From assembly GCA_963733095.1 (NCBI GenBank), contig CAVTBV010000013.1:128001-192000 (forward strand): a stretch of DNA of 64,000 bases, read 5' to 3'. The DNA comes from Candidatus Bathyarchaeota archaeon. Lineage in GTDB: Archaea > Thermoproteota > Bathyarchaeia > Bathyarchaeales > Bathycorpusculaceae. Below, in pieces: positions 10,886 to 20,221 of the stretch. The position numbers and the translations under genes were made by a program. How positions within the stretch are numbered: the first letter of the stretch is position 1; each line of letters opens with the position of its first letter. Below the pieces are notes generated by a model. That model searched no databases. It worked only from the letters and a program-made list of their open reading frames with translations, and was not told where the DNA came from.

Positions 10886-11314
10886 TTAGGCTGAACTGGA
10901 ATAGTACACCAGAGGCAACGCGAGAAGAACCGTATTTTTTCCCTTAGCGGTCAGAACGTATTTTACGCGCAGGGGCGGTCCAGCAGTGACTTTTCTTATT
11001 ATGTAGCCGTGTTTCTGGAGCATTTTGAGTTTGTCCGAGAGTGTTCTTGAGTTGACGGTTAAGATTTTTTTTATCCCGCCAAAGCCTATAGAGTCTTTGA
11101 GAAGTAAGGTGTATAAGATTTCGAGGCTCCATTTTTGGAACAGAAAGTTAAAGCTTTCCTCAAGGCTTTCCAGTTCATTCTTTAGTTCGGTGGGTGTGAT
11201 TTTTTGTTTTTCCATGATTTCGTTGAAGGTGACTTCTATGCCCTTTAGTACTTTGTCCATTTGGGCTTCGACGAGTTTGCGGAATTCAGCACTCAACGTT
11301 AATGGGGCGCTCAT
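10886..11314 (-). CDS. HxlR family winged-helix transcriptional regulator
   Basis: KWSLEIL...SRTLSDKLKML...GPPLRVKYVLTAKG. Confidence 0.88.
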   Translation of the reverse strand: MSAPLTLSAEFRKLVEAQMDKVLKGIEVTFNEIMEKQKITPTELKNELESLEESFNFLFQKWSLEILYTLLLKDSIGFGGIKKILTVNSRTLSDKLKMLQKHGYIIRKVTAGPPLRVKYVLTAKGKNTVLLALPLVYYSSSA

Positions 11315-11360
11315 GTACTCTACACTCGGTGTGGTTTTGCTTACTTCATAATTTATTAAG

Positions 11361-11393
11361 CTTTACATATACAACAAGGTATACAAAGTAAAG
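11361..11393. promoter_or_regulatory. Nested inverted repeat CTTTAC-A-TATAC-N6-GTATA-CAAA-GTAAAG, candidate operator
   Basis: Seen directly in the 104-bp divergent gap between hxlR and the reductase gene. Confidence 0.4.
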
Positions 11394-11418
11394 TTAACAA
11401 ACGGAGGAAACAAACCAC

Positions 11419-12780
11419 ATGGAAAAATATGACGCCATAGTCGTTGGCGCAGGAACCGCAGGCTGCTTAGCCGCAAAAACCATCGCAGAATCAGGCTTAA
11501 AAGTCTGCATCGTCGAAAAGAAAAAACGCGAAGAAATCGGCGAAAAAATCTGCGGCGACGCCCTTGGAGAGCACCACCTAAAGTTCCTCGGACTAGAAAA
11601 ACCCACAGGCGGCGAACTCGAAACTAAAATCGACGGCATAAAAATCTACTCCCCCGACGAAAACACCGTATTCACGATTGCCGACAAGGATTTTATCGGC
11701 TTCCTACTCAACAGACGCCTATTCGGCCAATGGCTCCTCAAAAAAGCCACCGACACAGGCGCAGTTCTCCAAGACAACATGAACTTTCGTTCACCCATAA
11801 TCGAGAAAGGCTCCGTCACAGGCATCACAGCCAAGAACATGAAGACAGGCGAAGTCAGTGAAATGCACAGCAAAGTAGTGATTGACGCCAGCGGCTACTT
11901 TGGCATGGTGCGCAAACAACTGCCCCCCGAAATGGGTATCGACCGCGACATAGCCAACGAAGACGTTGAAGCATGCTACAGAGAAATCCGCCAACTCAAA
12001 CAAGAAAACGAAAACACAAACTTCTGCGAAATCTACCTCAACCAAAAAGCATCACCAGGCGGCTACATATGGATTTTCCCCAAAGGCGGCGCACGAGTAA
12101 ACGTCGGCTTAGGCATCTGCATGCGCAAAAACTACCCCAACCCCAAAGAGCAACTATACAACACAGCCTTCAAAAAACAAATCTTTGAGGGCTCCCTTGT
12201 TTTGACTGGAGGCTCATGGTTTGACCCTGTCCGCAGACCCTTAGACAACATGGTTTCAAACGGAGTAATGTTAGTCGGCGACGCAGCTTCATTGGTTAAT
12301 CCCATTCACGGCGGCGGCATCGGGCCTTCAATGCTAAGCGGCTATTTTGCCGGACAACAAATCATCGAAGCACTCGGCAGAGGTGAACCTACCAAAGAAG
12401 CACTCTGGGGCTACAACAAAAGATACATCGAAACCTACGGCAAAAAACAAGGCACCCTCGACATATTCAAAATGTTCCTCCTCTCATGCAGCGACGAAGA
12501 CCTCAACTACGGCATGAACGAGAAACTCATGACCGAAGACGACGTGCTTAAAGCAGGCATGGGCGACGACTTCCACCTCAACATGACTGAAACCGCCAAA
12601 CGAGTCTTCAGAGGACTGCGAAGAGTTGGATTCCTCAACAAACTACGCTTAACAGTGACAATGATGAAACAGCTCAGGGCACACTACAACACTTACCCAG
12701 ACACACCGGCAGATTTTGAGCCATGGCGCCTGCAAACGATAAAACTGATTGAAGATGCCCGAGCAAAACTCGTAGATTAG
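11419..12780 (+). CDS. Digeranylgeranylglycerophospholipid (geranylgeranyl) reductase
   Basis: GAGTAG FAD motif, ICGDA, PGGYIWIFPK, GDAA..VNPIHGGGI. Confidence 0.9.
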   Translation: MEKYDAIVVGAGTAGCLAAKTIAESGLKVCIVEKKKREEIGEKICGDALGEHHLKFLGLEKPTGGELETKIDGIKIYSPDENTVFTIADKDFIGFLLNRRLFGQWLLKKATDTGAVLQDNMNFRSPIIEKGSVTGITAKNMKTGEVSEMHSKVVIDASGYFGMVRKQLPPEMGIDRDIANEDVEACYREIRQLKQENENTNFCEIYLNQKASPGGYIWIFPKGGARVNVGLGICMRKNYPNPKEQLYNTAFKKQIFEGSLVLTGGSWFDPVRRPLDNMVSNGVMLVGDAASLVNPIHGGGIGPSMLSGYFAGQQIIEALGRGEPTKEALWGYNKRYIETYGKKQGTLDIFKMFLLSCSDEDLNYGMNEKLMTEDDVLKAGMGDDFHLNMTETAKRVFRGLRRVGFLNKLRLTVTMMKQLRAHYNTYPDTPADFEPWRLQTIKLIEDARAKLVD

Positions 12781-12870
12781 CCCAGCTAATCTTCTCTTTT
12801 GTTTTTTCTTTTCTTTTAATTCCTGTAAAGGCTTAAATGCCCATTGACATGCATACTTACTGGTGAAAAA

Positions 12871-13209
12871 ATGGTTTACTGCTCTAACTGCGGCACAAAA
12901 ATAGATGATGAGGCTTATTTCTGTTTTAAATGTGGAACCAAAACTCAAGCAGGCAAAACCGCTAAAGCCGTGTATCCCGCTGACGAATTGCGCGATGCCT
13001 TCCACCAAGTAGGACTTGAACTCGAAAAAGCATTCACCATGGCGGCAAGAGAAACTCAAGCAGCATTCAAGAAAGTTAACGAGAACATGCAGCAAAAAAA
13101 CCCTTCGAACACCCAAGGAACTGTTGTATGCTCCAGCTGCGGAACAAAGAACGTTTCTGGTGCAGTTTTCTGCCACAACTGCGGAACAAAAGTAGAATCA
13201 TCTAAGTAG
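12871..13209 (+). CDS. Double zinc-ribbon domain protein
   Basis: CSNCG..FCFKCG and CSSCG..FCHNCG; ATG at 12871. Confidence 0.85.
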   Translation: MVYCSNCGTKIDDEAYFCFKCGTKTQAGKTAKAVYPADELRDAFHQVGLELEKAFTMAARETQAAFKKVNENMQQKNPSNTQGTVVCSSCGTKNVSGAVFCHNCGTKVESSK

Positions 13210-13229
13210 TCATCGGAAGACCTAAAAAA

Positions 13230-13703
13230 ATGAACATAAACAAGACTCTAATAACATATGTAAGCAAGGGCGGAGCTACCGAGGAGGCGGCGAGGAAAAT
13301 AGCGGAAACCCTGCGCTCAAAGTTTCAGCTACAAGTCGATTTAGTCGACCTAAAAGAACAAAATGCTCCGGATTTAGCGTTGTACCCGAACATCATAGTT
13401 GGTGCTGGTGTTAGAGGCGGAAGAGTTTACGGTAAAGCCCTAAAGTTTCTCGAAAACGATTTGACAGGGAAAAAGGTTGCTTTTTTTGTTTCCTCTTCTT
13501 GGGCAGGTACCCCTGGAAGCTACGATAATGCCAAAGCCAAATTTGTAGAAAAAACATTAACTAAATTTCCCAAGATTAATCTTGTCAGCACGGAAGCCTT
13601 CGGCGGACGCATAAGATACTTCAGAAAAACTATGCTGGATAACACAGACTTAGGAAAAGTTGAGGCTTGGGCAGAACAACTTGGAAAAAAATATACCCAA
13701 TAA
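13230..13703 (+). CDS. Flavodoxin-domain protein (HemG/flavodoxin-5-like)
   Basis: YVSKGGATEEAARKIA FMN loop, VAFF, AFGGR. Confidence 0.85.
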   Translation: MNINKTLITYVSKGGATEEAARKIAETLRSKFQLQVDLVDLKEQNAPDLALYPNIIVGAGVRGGRVYGKALKFLENDLTGKKVAFFVSSSWAGTPGSYDNAKAKFVEKTLTKFPKINLVSTEAFGGRIRYFRKTMLDNTDLGKVEAWAEQLGKKYTQ

Positions 13704-13728
13704 ACTAACCCTCACAAAAGCAAATGCG

Positions 13729-13905
13729 TTGCTTTGCCCCACCTGCTGCGTTGAATACGTCGAAGTCGAGTTTGACTTAGAAGTTGACGGTATCATTCTT
13801 GACAATGTTAAAGCACTCAAGTGTCCTGAATGCAATGAAGAGCTATTCACGCCCGAACAATATGAAACGATTGCGAGAAGAATCAAGAGCTCAACAAATC
13901 TCTAA
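13729..13905 (+). CDS. YgiT-type zinc-finger protein
   Basis: CPTC...NVKALKCPECNEELFTPEQ; start uncertain (TTG 13729). Confidence 0.6.
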   Translation: MLCPTCCVEYVEVEFDLEVDGIILDNVKALKCPECNEELFTPEQYETIARRIKSSTNL

Positions 13906-14222
13906 CACGTTTCTGACGTCTTCATTATTGTTTTTTACAATAATAATCAAGGTTGCTGAATTTAGACCTGAACTCTGGTTGTTATGCTATTTCCAATAAA
14001 GTCGATAATTCCATAACCTTCCAAAAACCGGTTAAAGAACATCTAAATACTATCTTACGAGAACAATAGTTCTGCTGTAGCCGCAATCTTTCAGCATGTT
14101 GACAAAAACCTAGAACGATAATAGAAAAAAACTGAAGAGATAGGTTTTTATGTTCCTGTTAAGTCTCTAAGGTAATCGCCAACATATAAAAGACGGCAAA
14201 ACAATTGGATTGATCGACTAAC

Positions 14223-14531
14223 ATGGTAAGAAAAGCACGAATACGCCTCACAAGTACCGATTACAGTAAATTAGAAGAGGTATGTGGAGAACTCAAAAGC
14301 ATCGCGTCAAAAACAGGCGTGAAGATGAACGGGCCAGTACCGCTACCAACCAAACGTTTGCGCGTTCCAGTCCTTAAAGGTCCATCCGGTGAAGGCACAG
14401 CCACATGGGACCGATGGGAAATGCGTATCCACAAACGCTTAATCGACATCGACTCCGAAGAACGTGTCATGCGTCGAATCATGCGTATACGGGTTCCAGA
14501 AGAAGTCCATGTCACAATCGAACTCATCTAA
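14223..14531 (+). CDS. rpsJ: 30S ribosomal protein uS10
   Basis: [10 protein letters not shown]...[21 protein letters not shown]. Confidence 0.97.
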   Translation: MVRKARIRLTSTDYSKLEEVCGELKSIASKTGVKMNGPVPLPTKRLRVPVLKGPSGEGTATWDRWEMRIHKRLIDIDSEERVMRRIMRIRVPEEVHVTIELI

Positions 14532-14621
14532 AATTTTTTAGTTCATTTTTAATTCAACAATTCTTCTTCCAGAGTACGCCTTAAATCTAGGCTTTAAATC
14601 AAGCGTTTTAGAGGTGAAACG

Positions 14622-14761
14622 ATGAAAGAATGGCGATGCATACTTAGTTAGTCACCAAGACGAAGTTGGCAAAGCCATCATGGAGTGGGAACGACAAGGC
14701 TGGCGAATGAACTCCATTCAACTACACGGTCAACCATTACGTGCTTTTCGAAAGAGGGTAA
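14622..14761 (+). pseudogene. Degraded small-protein gene
   Basis: GAGGTGA RBS then MKEWRCIL / SHQDEVGKAIMEWERQGWR / VNHYVLFERG*, spread over shifting frames. Confidence 0.5.
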
Positions 14762-14804
14762 TAAACTGCCGCCGATTTGTTAAGGACTTTTGACTTATTT
14801 TAAA

Positions 14805-15635
14805 TCAGTAACCGAAAGCTTGAAGGTAGGTTACTATAGCTAAAGTTACGCTTGCAGTAAAAGCTAAGGCCCAAATCTTCTTGTTAAAGCTAAAGATTTT
14901 GTATCCATCTAAGATGCCGAAAGGTATCAGATTGAAAACTGCCATGAAAGCATTGATGTAAGCGGCAAAGTATAACATAAAGACCATTGGGCTGAAAGGT
15001 AGAGCGAACGCGAATCCCAGAAGTGAACTTGCGAAAATAATGTTAGTGATTGGTCCAGCAATGGAAATTTTCACTATGTCTTCGCCACTGGGAACGGAAC
15101 CGCCAATCATCATGGCCCCAGGAGAAATCATTTTGAAAGGCAAAAATACTGAAACAAGCGTTAAGACTGCGCCCCAAGTTGTTAGCCTAAATTCAGCCCA
15201 CATACCTTTCTTTTGAGCCATAATTTTATGAGCGATTTCGTGAACCAGAAAAGATGCAGTCATAATTACTGCGAAAACAGCCATAACATCCCATGTCCAA
15301 GCGGCTAAGAAACCCCCAAAAAAATTACCGTATACTCCAATGGAAAAGCCGATGCCGATCACAAGCGTCGCTGCAACGACTATATGTTTAAGCTCTTTTG
15401 GACTGGTATAAATGTGGTTTTTGCGTTTATAGAGGTCTTGGCCATACACATAACTATAACTGTATGAGCCGTAGGCTTGATTTGTCATTACTTGATCTTG
15501 TCTTTGGGCGCGAGCAGCGTCGATTCTTGCGCATGCATGGTTTTCTGGTAAACGGTGTGCACTGCAGAATTGGCCTCCGCAGTGGGGGCAACGGAATGGA
15601 AGAAGAGTTTCTTGGGAGCATGTCTGGCATTTCAT
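14805..15635 (-). CDS. AN1-type zinc finger fused to an M50 (site-2) membrane metalloprotease
   Basis: CQTC..CPHCGGQFCSAHRLPENHAC; HEIAH, IAGP, FNLIP..LDG. Confidence 0.9.
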   Translation of the reverse strand: MKCQTCSQETLLPFRCPHCGGQFCSAHRLPENHACARIDAARAQRQDQVMTNQAYGSYSYSYVYGQDLYKRKNHIYTSPKELKHIVVAATLVIGIGFSIGVYGNFFGGFLAAWTWDVMAVFAVIMTASFLVHEIAHKIMAQKKGMWAEFRLTTWGAVLTLVSVFLPFKMISPGAMMIGGSVPSGEDIVKISIAGPITNIIFASSLLGFAFALPFSPMVFMLYFAAYINAFMAVFNLIPFGILDGYKIFSFNKKIWALAFTASVTLAIVTYLQAFGY

Positions 15636-15822
15636 TTTGGTTGGGCGCCTTTCATTGTAAATGTAAAGTGTATCTTATATTTTTACGCCAAAATAATTAG
15701 AAAATTACCTTAGAATAAAGAGAACAGAATCCTTCAATGTTTATTTTGGGTATGATAAAACCCAATACCCTGAATAAAAACGCATGGAAAATAAAAAAAA
15801 TACCTAAATCACACACCATTAA

Positions 15823-16095
15823 TCACGACTTTTCCCAAGCCTCAATCAAGCACACGACAGCTTTGGCCTTGGGACTCTCGCTGAACCTGTACATTCGAAC
15901 ACGACCATACGTGTGCACCCGCAGAATGCCCTCCGACTCCAAAATTTTAAGGTGTTCGCTGGTTGAGGTAAAATTCAGTTTCAGACGGCGTGCAATATCG
16001 GAAACGTTGAGTTGGCCCAGTTGGTAGATGAGTTTTAGGATCTTCATGCGGGACTTTGATGAGAAAACTTCCTCCAGCTCCATAAAGTTCACCAT
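15823..16095 (-). CDS. ArsR-like winged-helix protein
   Basis: SKSRMKILKLI...VSDIARRL..TSEHLKILESEG; the ATG overlaps the cdc6 stop (TAATG at 16097-16093). Confidence 0.85.
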   Translation of the reverse strand: MVNFMELEEVFSSKSRMKILKLIYQLGQLNVSDIARRLKLNFTSTSEHLKILESEGILRVHTYGRVRMYRFSESPKAKAVVCLIEAWEKS

Positions 16096-17300
16096 TACCC
16101 TTTTTGTGATTGTAAACTTGCCGTTAATTCCTTTTCGAGTTCGCCTGCGGGGATGGTTGGCAGGGAAATCCGTGTGGTTCGTCCACGTGTTTCGGCGCTG
16201 GCTACTTCGGTTTTTAGTATGCCTAATTTGGATAGGTACTGGGCGTAGTTCCAGACCTGTGTGTGCCCGTTGGGTGTTTCGTCGAACTCTTCGCATGCGA
16301 TGGCGTAGGCTTTTTCAACTTCGGATAAAGCGACGTAGGCTTGCTCGTTTTCCTTGAAGTAGCGGGCAACGGCAAGCAGGAACAGTTTCTCATGCAAGCC
16401 CAGCCCAGACAACTCGCTTCGGCGTAAGCTTGGGATGATGCTTGAAACCGCCATGCGGACACACTCAGGCTCCACACAACCAGCATCTTCCGCGTCAGCG
16501 TATTTACCTGAACGCCACAGCAACTCAATCCCAAACCGGGCGTTTCCAGTTTCGGTATATGCCAACTCAGAAATCAAATCCACTACATCCTCAGGCACTG
16601 TGCCAACCTCAAATGCCATGGAGACGCGGTCAGTTAAGATGTCTATGAGCTGGGGTTTGCCGTAGCGTTCCAACCTGATTATGCTACGCTGCAGGGTGCT
16701 TCTCGCGCTTTCATCAAGTTGCTCAATGGCTTCTAAGCCACGCATGATAAAAATAAACGACAGCCTCTGCGGTTTTCCCTGCCGCATCTCCTGCAACCGC
16801 GTCAATTTGTAAACGGCGTCGGAACCTTCCTTCTCGATTAAGCTGTCGAACTCGTCAAGAGTCAGAATCATATGGGCATTTTCTTCGTCCAAAATCTGCA
16901 TGAGTGTTCCAAGAATTTCTTCGGAACCATAACCGCGGGCTGGGTAATTTGGGCGGAAAACGGTCACGGCACGATGCAGAATCGGCGAGAGGCTGCCTCG
17001 GTATTCGCGACAGTTAACGTGGACGTAGCGGAATTTTATGCCCCGCTTGTTCGCTTCTGAGGTGATGGTTGCGCCAAAATGCTGTGCGAGCGCGGTTTTT
17101 CCCGTGCCCACGTCGCCCGTTAAGATGACTCTTTGCGCCATCCGTTCTGGACACTGCAAAACAAAGTTGAAGAACTCCATTAGCAGTCGATGCTGGGTTT
17201 CGCGGTGCGGCAGCTTCGCTGGAATATAATTTATGTCAAGTTTGGATTCGTCTTTGAACACACTTTGATGCGGCGCCAAACGTTTTTCCTTCAGGCACAA
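16095..17300 (-). CDS. cdc6: Cdc6/Orc1 replication initiator
   Basis: YIPAKLPHRE, Walker A GDVGTGKT, HVNC, Walker B LTLDEFD, GNAR, C-terminal winged helix. Confidence 0.95.
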   Translation of the reverse strand: MCLKEKRLAPHQSVFKDESKLDINYIPAKLPHRETQHRLLMEFFNFVLQCPERMAQRVILTGDVGTGKTALAQHFGATITSEANKRGIKFRYVHVNCREYRGSLSPILHRAVTVFRPNYPARGYGSEEILGTLMQILDEENAHMILTLDEFDSLIEKEGSDAVYKLTRLQEMRQGKPQRLSFIFIMRGLEAIEQLDESARSTLQRSIIRLERYGKPQLIDILTDRVSMAFEVGTVPEDVVDLISELAYTETGNARFGIELLWRSGKYADAEDAGCVEPECVRMAVSSIIPSLRRSELSGLGLHEKLFLLAVARYFKENEQAYVALSEVEKAYAIACEEFDETPNGHTQVWNYAQYLSKLGILKTEVASAETRGRTTRISLPTIPAGELEKELTASLQSQKG

Positions 17301-17493
17301 TTAATTGTTTTTGGGTAATATTATGTTTTGGAACAAACACTGCAACTTTAAACGTAAACCTAATAAAAAAAAGGTTTACCTTTTGTAGCCCCCTGAAACG
17401 CTCTGGCCTTCTACGGGAGACATCGCCACTTACTAGTGATTCGGAACAAAACACTAATAAACACATTTAGCAACACTATTTTTCGAAACTAAC

Positions 17494-18060
17494 ATGATAC
17501 CAAAATACTTCTTTTTCACAAAAGGAGTCGGCAAACATAAAGAGCAACTCCAATCATTCGAATTAGCCCTGCGCGATGCAGGCATCCAAATGTGCAACTT
17601 GGTCGCCGTATCAAGCATCGTTCCCCCAGGATGTGAACTTCTCACTCGGGAAAAAGGCTTAAAGATGGTGCAGCCCGGCGAAATCACCTTTGTCGTCATA
17701 GCCCGCAACGCAACCAACGAACCCCACAGGCTCGTTGCATCATCCGTCGGTGTCGCCATTCCCTCGGGCAAAAACCAGTACGGCTACCTGAGTGAACACC
17801 ACAGTTTTGGGCAAACTGACGAAACTGCCGGCGACTATGCAGAAGACCTCGCCGCAACCATGCTGGCGACAACCATGGGCATCCAATTTGACCCCGAAAC
17901 CGCCTGGGACGAACGTAAGCAACTCTTCAAAACCACAGGGTTAATAATTAAAACAGCCAACGCGACTCAGTCTGCTGCAGGCGACAAGAACGGGTTATGG
18001 ACCACGACCGTGGCTGCTGCTGTTTTTGTTCCGGCAGAAAACAACAAATCAAAAGAATAA
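17494..18060 (+). CDS. pdaD: Pyruvoyl-dependent arginine decarboxylase
   Basis: [21 protein letters not shown] (Ser-Ser self-cleavage site), GYLSEHH. Confidence 0.93.
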   Translation: MIPKYFFFTKGVGKHKEQLQSFELALRDAGIQMCNLVAVSSIVPPGCELLTREKGLKMVQPGEITFVVIARNATNEPHRLVASSVGVAIPSGKNQYGYLSEHHSFGQTDETAGDYAEDLAATMLATTMGIQFDPETAWDERKQLFKTTGLIIKTANATQSAAGDKNGLWTTTVAAAVFVPAENNKSKE

Positions 18061-18208
18061 CAAACGGTGTTTAGCAAGTTTCTTTTTGGGCTTGCGTATT
18101 TTCTTTTATTCATCTTCTAAATTTTTTTAGGTACAGACGAGCACCTTATGTTTCTCTAAAGATGTTGTAAAAAACAAAAGTGGTGGACTTGCCTATTTGA
18201 GCCAGCGG

Positions 18209-18310
18209 CTATCTCTTTCCAGCTTTCCTAGCGCAAGCGTCACTGCAATACTTTGATTTCGTATCAAAAGTTGTGTATTTCTTTTTGCAGATTGGACATT
18301 TCTTTTCCAT
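18209..18310 (-). CDS. Putative 33-aa zinc-binding microprotein
   Basis: ATG..TAG reading MEKKCPICKKKYTTFDTKSKYCSDACARKAGKR; below the ORF-track cutoff. Confidence 0.55.
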   Translation of the reverse strand: MEKKCPICKKKYTTFDTKSKYCSDACARKAGKR

Positions 18311-18349
18311 ATGAACCCAGCCGTTAAATATACGTGCTGGGGTACAAGT

Positions 18350-18629
18350 TTAAAGCTTTTGTGCAAAAAAGACAAGATCATCTCCAGTAGCCGCGGCATC
18401 CTTCGGCTTAATCGCCAAAGCAACATTCAAACTCGGATCAACCGTCCCCGCCGCCTTACCGAGCGAAAAATTGAAGCCCTGCACACTAACCGCCATAGGC
18501 TTCCCGCCAGCCGAAATCTCCTTTAACAATATCCACAAAACTCCGAACCGTGCCAATAATCTCATTCACATTCAAAAACGCCTTAATTGGCTCCGCTCTC
18601 ACATTATGCTCCTCAACCAACAAATTCAT
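18350..18629 (-). pseudogene. Hypothetical gene with a 1-nt frameshift near 18522
   Basis: ...VRSFVDIVK in one frame continues as EISAGGKPMAVSVQGFNFSLGK... in the next frame across GTTAAAGGAG. Confidence 0.45.
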
Positions 18630-19120
18630 CTCAATATGCTCACAAGAAAACACGCGCCCTAAGGCGTTTAAAGATGTGTGACTATACCCCGCCACAAATA
18701 CTCACCGACCTTTTTCAACCAAAACAAACCCGTATCCGAACCTTTCCGCAAAGTTGTCTATTTCAGCAATCTATAGTCTAATAGCACAACCTTATAAAAA
18801 ACCCCAAACACACAAATCCTCTGCAACAAAAAATAAATGCCCAATAACTCCAAGACCTCGAAAACATAGCGAAAATCACTGTATATTGAAGAAGCCGGAC
18901 CTACAAAACAGCAATTAATAGAGAAATTCGTAAACACTGTTACCAAAAATCATATTTGCGTCTTGATTAGTCCAAATATTTCCATTTATCCCTTTATTCT
19001 AAAGCAGAGTTTTTTGGAGTTAATTTGGGGACCTCATCAAAAAAGAAAGGTTGTTGGTTCGTGTTGTTTAAATATTAGTGTTATGACTATGAAGTTGCAA
19101 AAAGAAGGAATAACTGAAGA

Positions 19121-19561
19121 ATGGGTTCCAAGTCACCAAGAGGCGAATTTGCCGCAAGGCAACTAGCAAAGAAACGGAAGAATTTCCGTTGGTCAGATCG
19201 TTACTTTAACCGACGCATGCTTATGCTCGATGAGAAAGTTGATCCTATGCAGGGTGCACCCCAGAGCCGGGGCATCGTTCTCGAGAAAGTAGGTGTCGAA
19301 TCTAAGCAGCCCAACAGCGCCATCCGCAAATGTGTCCGCACCCAACTTATAAAAAATGGAAGAACCATCACAGCGTTCTTGCCCGGTGACGGCGCCCTCA
19401 ACGTGATCGACGAACACGACGAAGTAGTCGTGGAAGGCATCGGTGGCACCAGAGGCGGCGCAATGGGAGACATTCCAGGTGTCCGCTGGAAGGTCGTTAT
19501 GGTTAACGGCGTAAGCCTAAATGAACTCGTCTATGGACGTAAACAAAAACCAGCAAGGTAA
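19121..19561 (+). CDS. rpsL: 30S ribosomal protein uS12 (archaeal)
   Basis: [28 protein letters not shown]. Confidence 0.97.
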   Translation: MGSKSPRGEFAARQLAKKRKNFRWSDRYFNRRMLMLDEKVDPMQGAPQSRGIVLEKVGVESKQPNSAIRKCVRTQLIKNGRTITAFLPGDGALNVIDEHDEVVVEGIGGTRGGAMGDIPGVRWKVVMVNGVSLNELVYGRKQKPAR

Positions 19562-19566
19562 TTTGT

Positions 19567-20157
19567 ATGTCAACAGTTTCGGTATCAACTCCTCAAGAAA
19601 TTAAACTCTTCCAAAAATGGAGCTTCAAAGACATCACAGTCGTAGACATAGGTCTGCAAAGATACCTCAACTTAACCCCGATGGTTGCACCCCACAGCAT
19701 GGGACGCCACGAACACCAACGCTTCCGAAAATCCAAAGTAAACATCGTTGAACGCTTAATCAACGGGCTGATGCGCAGCGGCAAGAATGCAGGCAAAAAA
19801 GCCAAAGCAACCAACATCGTAAAAGAAACCTTTGAAATAATCAACTTACGCACAGGCAAAAACCCCATCGAAGTCCTCGTGAAAGCAGTCGAAAACGCAA
19901 GCCCATGCGAAGACACCACACGTGTCAGCTACGGCGGAGTCGTCTACCACCTATCCGTAGACGTTGCCCCTCAACGCAGAATCGACCTTGCCATACGTCA
20001 CATAACCGCAGGAGCACGTGCATCCTCAGCCAACAACCCGCGCAGTATCCAAGAGACCCTCGCCGACGAACTTGTTCTCGCAGCTAACAAAGATATAAAG
20101 AGTGTTGCAGTCGCCAAACGCAACGAAATCGAGCGCGTTGCACAATCCAGCAGATAA
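19567..20157 (+). CDS. rpsG: 30S ribosomal protein uS7 (archaeal)
   Basis: IKLFQKWS, IVERLIN, SVDVAPQRRID, EIERVAQSSR. Confidence 0.97.
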   Translation: MSTVSVSTPQEIKLFQKWSFKDITVVDIGLQRYLNLTPMVAPHSMGRHEHQRFRKSKVNIVERLINGLMRSGKNAGKKAKATNIVKETFEIINLRTGKNPIEVLVKAVENASPCEDTTRVSYGGVVYHLSVDVAPQRRIDLAIRHITAGARASSANNPRSIQETLADELVLAANKDIKSVAVAKRNEIERVAQSSR

Positions 20158-20221
20158 ACTGCCCAACATTTTCTTAATTTTTTATTTTTTAATTCTTAAA
20201 TCTTAAAATTGCCTTTTTGTT

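Noticed and set aside
16096-16296. Long N-terminus of the 157-aa ArsR ORF
   Set aside because: An alternative-frame overlap of cdc6; the HTH begins at the TAATG junction.
17300-17494. Possible replication origin (ORB) upstream of cdc6, CCAGAGCGTTTCAGGGGG on the minus strand
   Set aside because: A single weak G-string motif; no repeated ORB consensus or paired boxes around a DUE.
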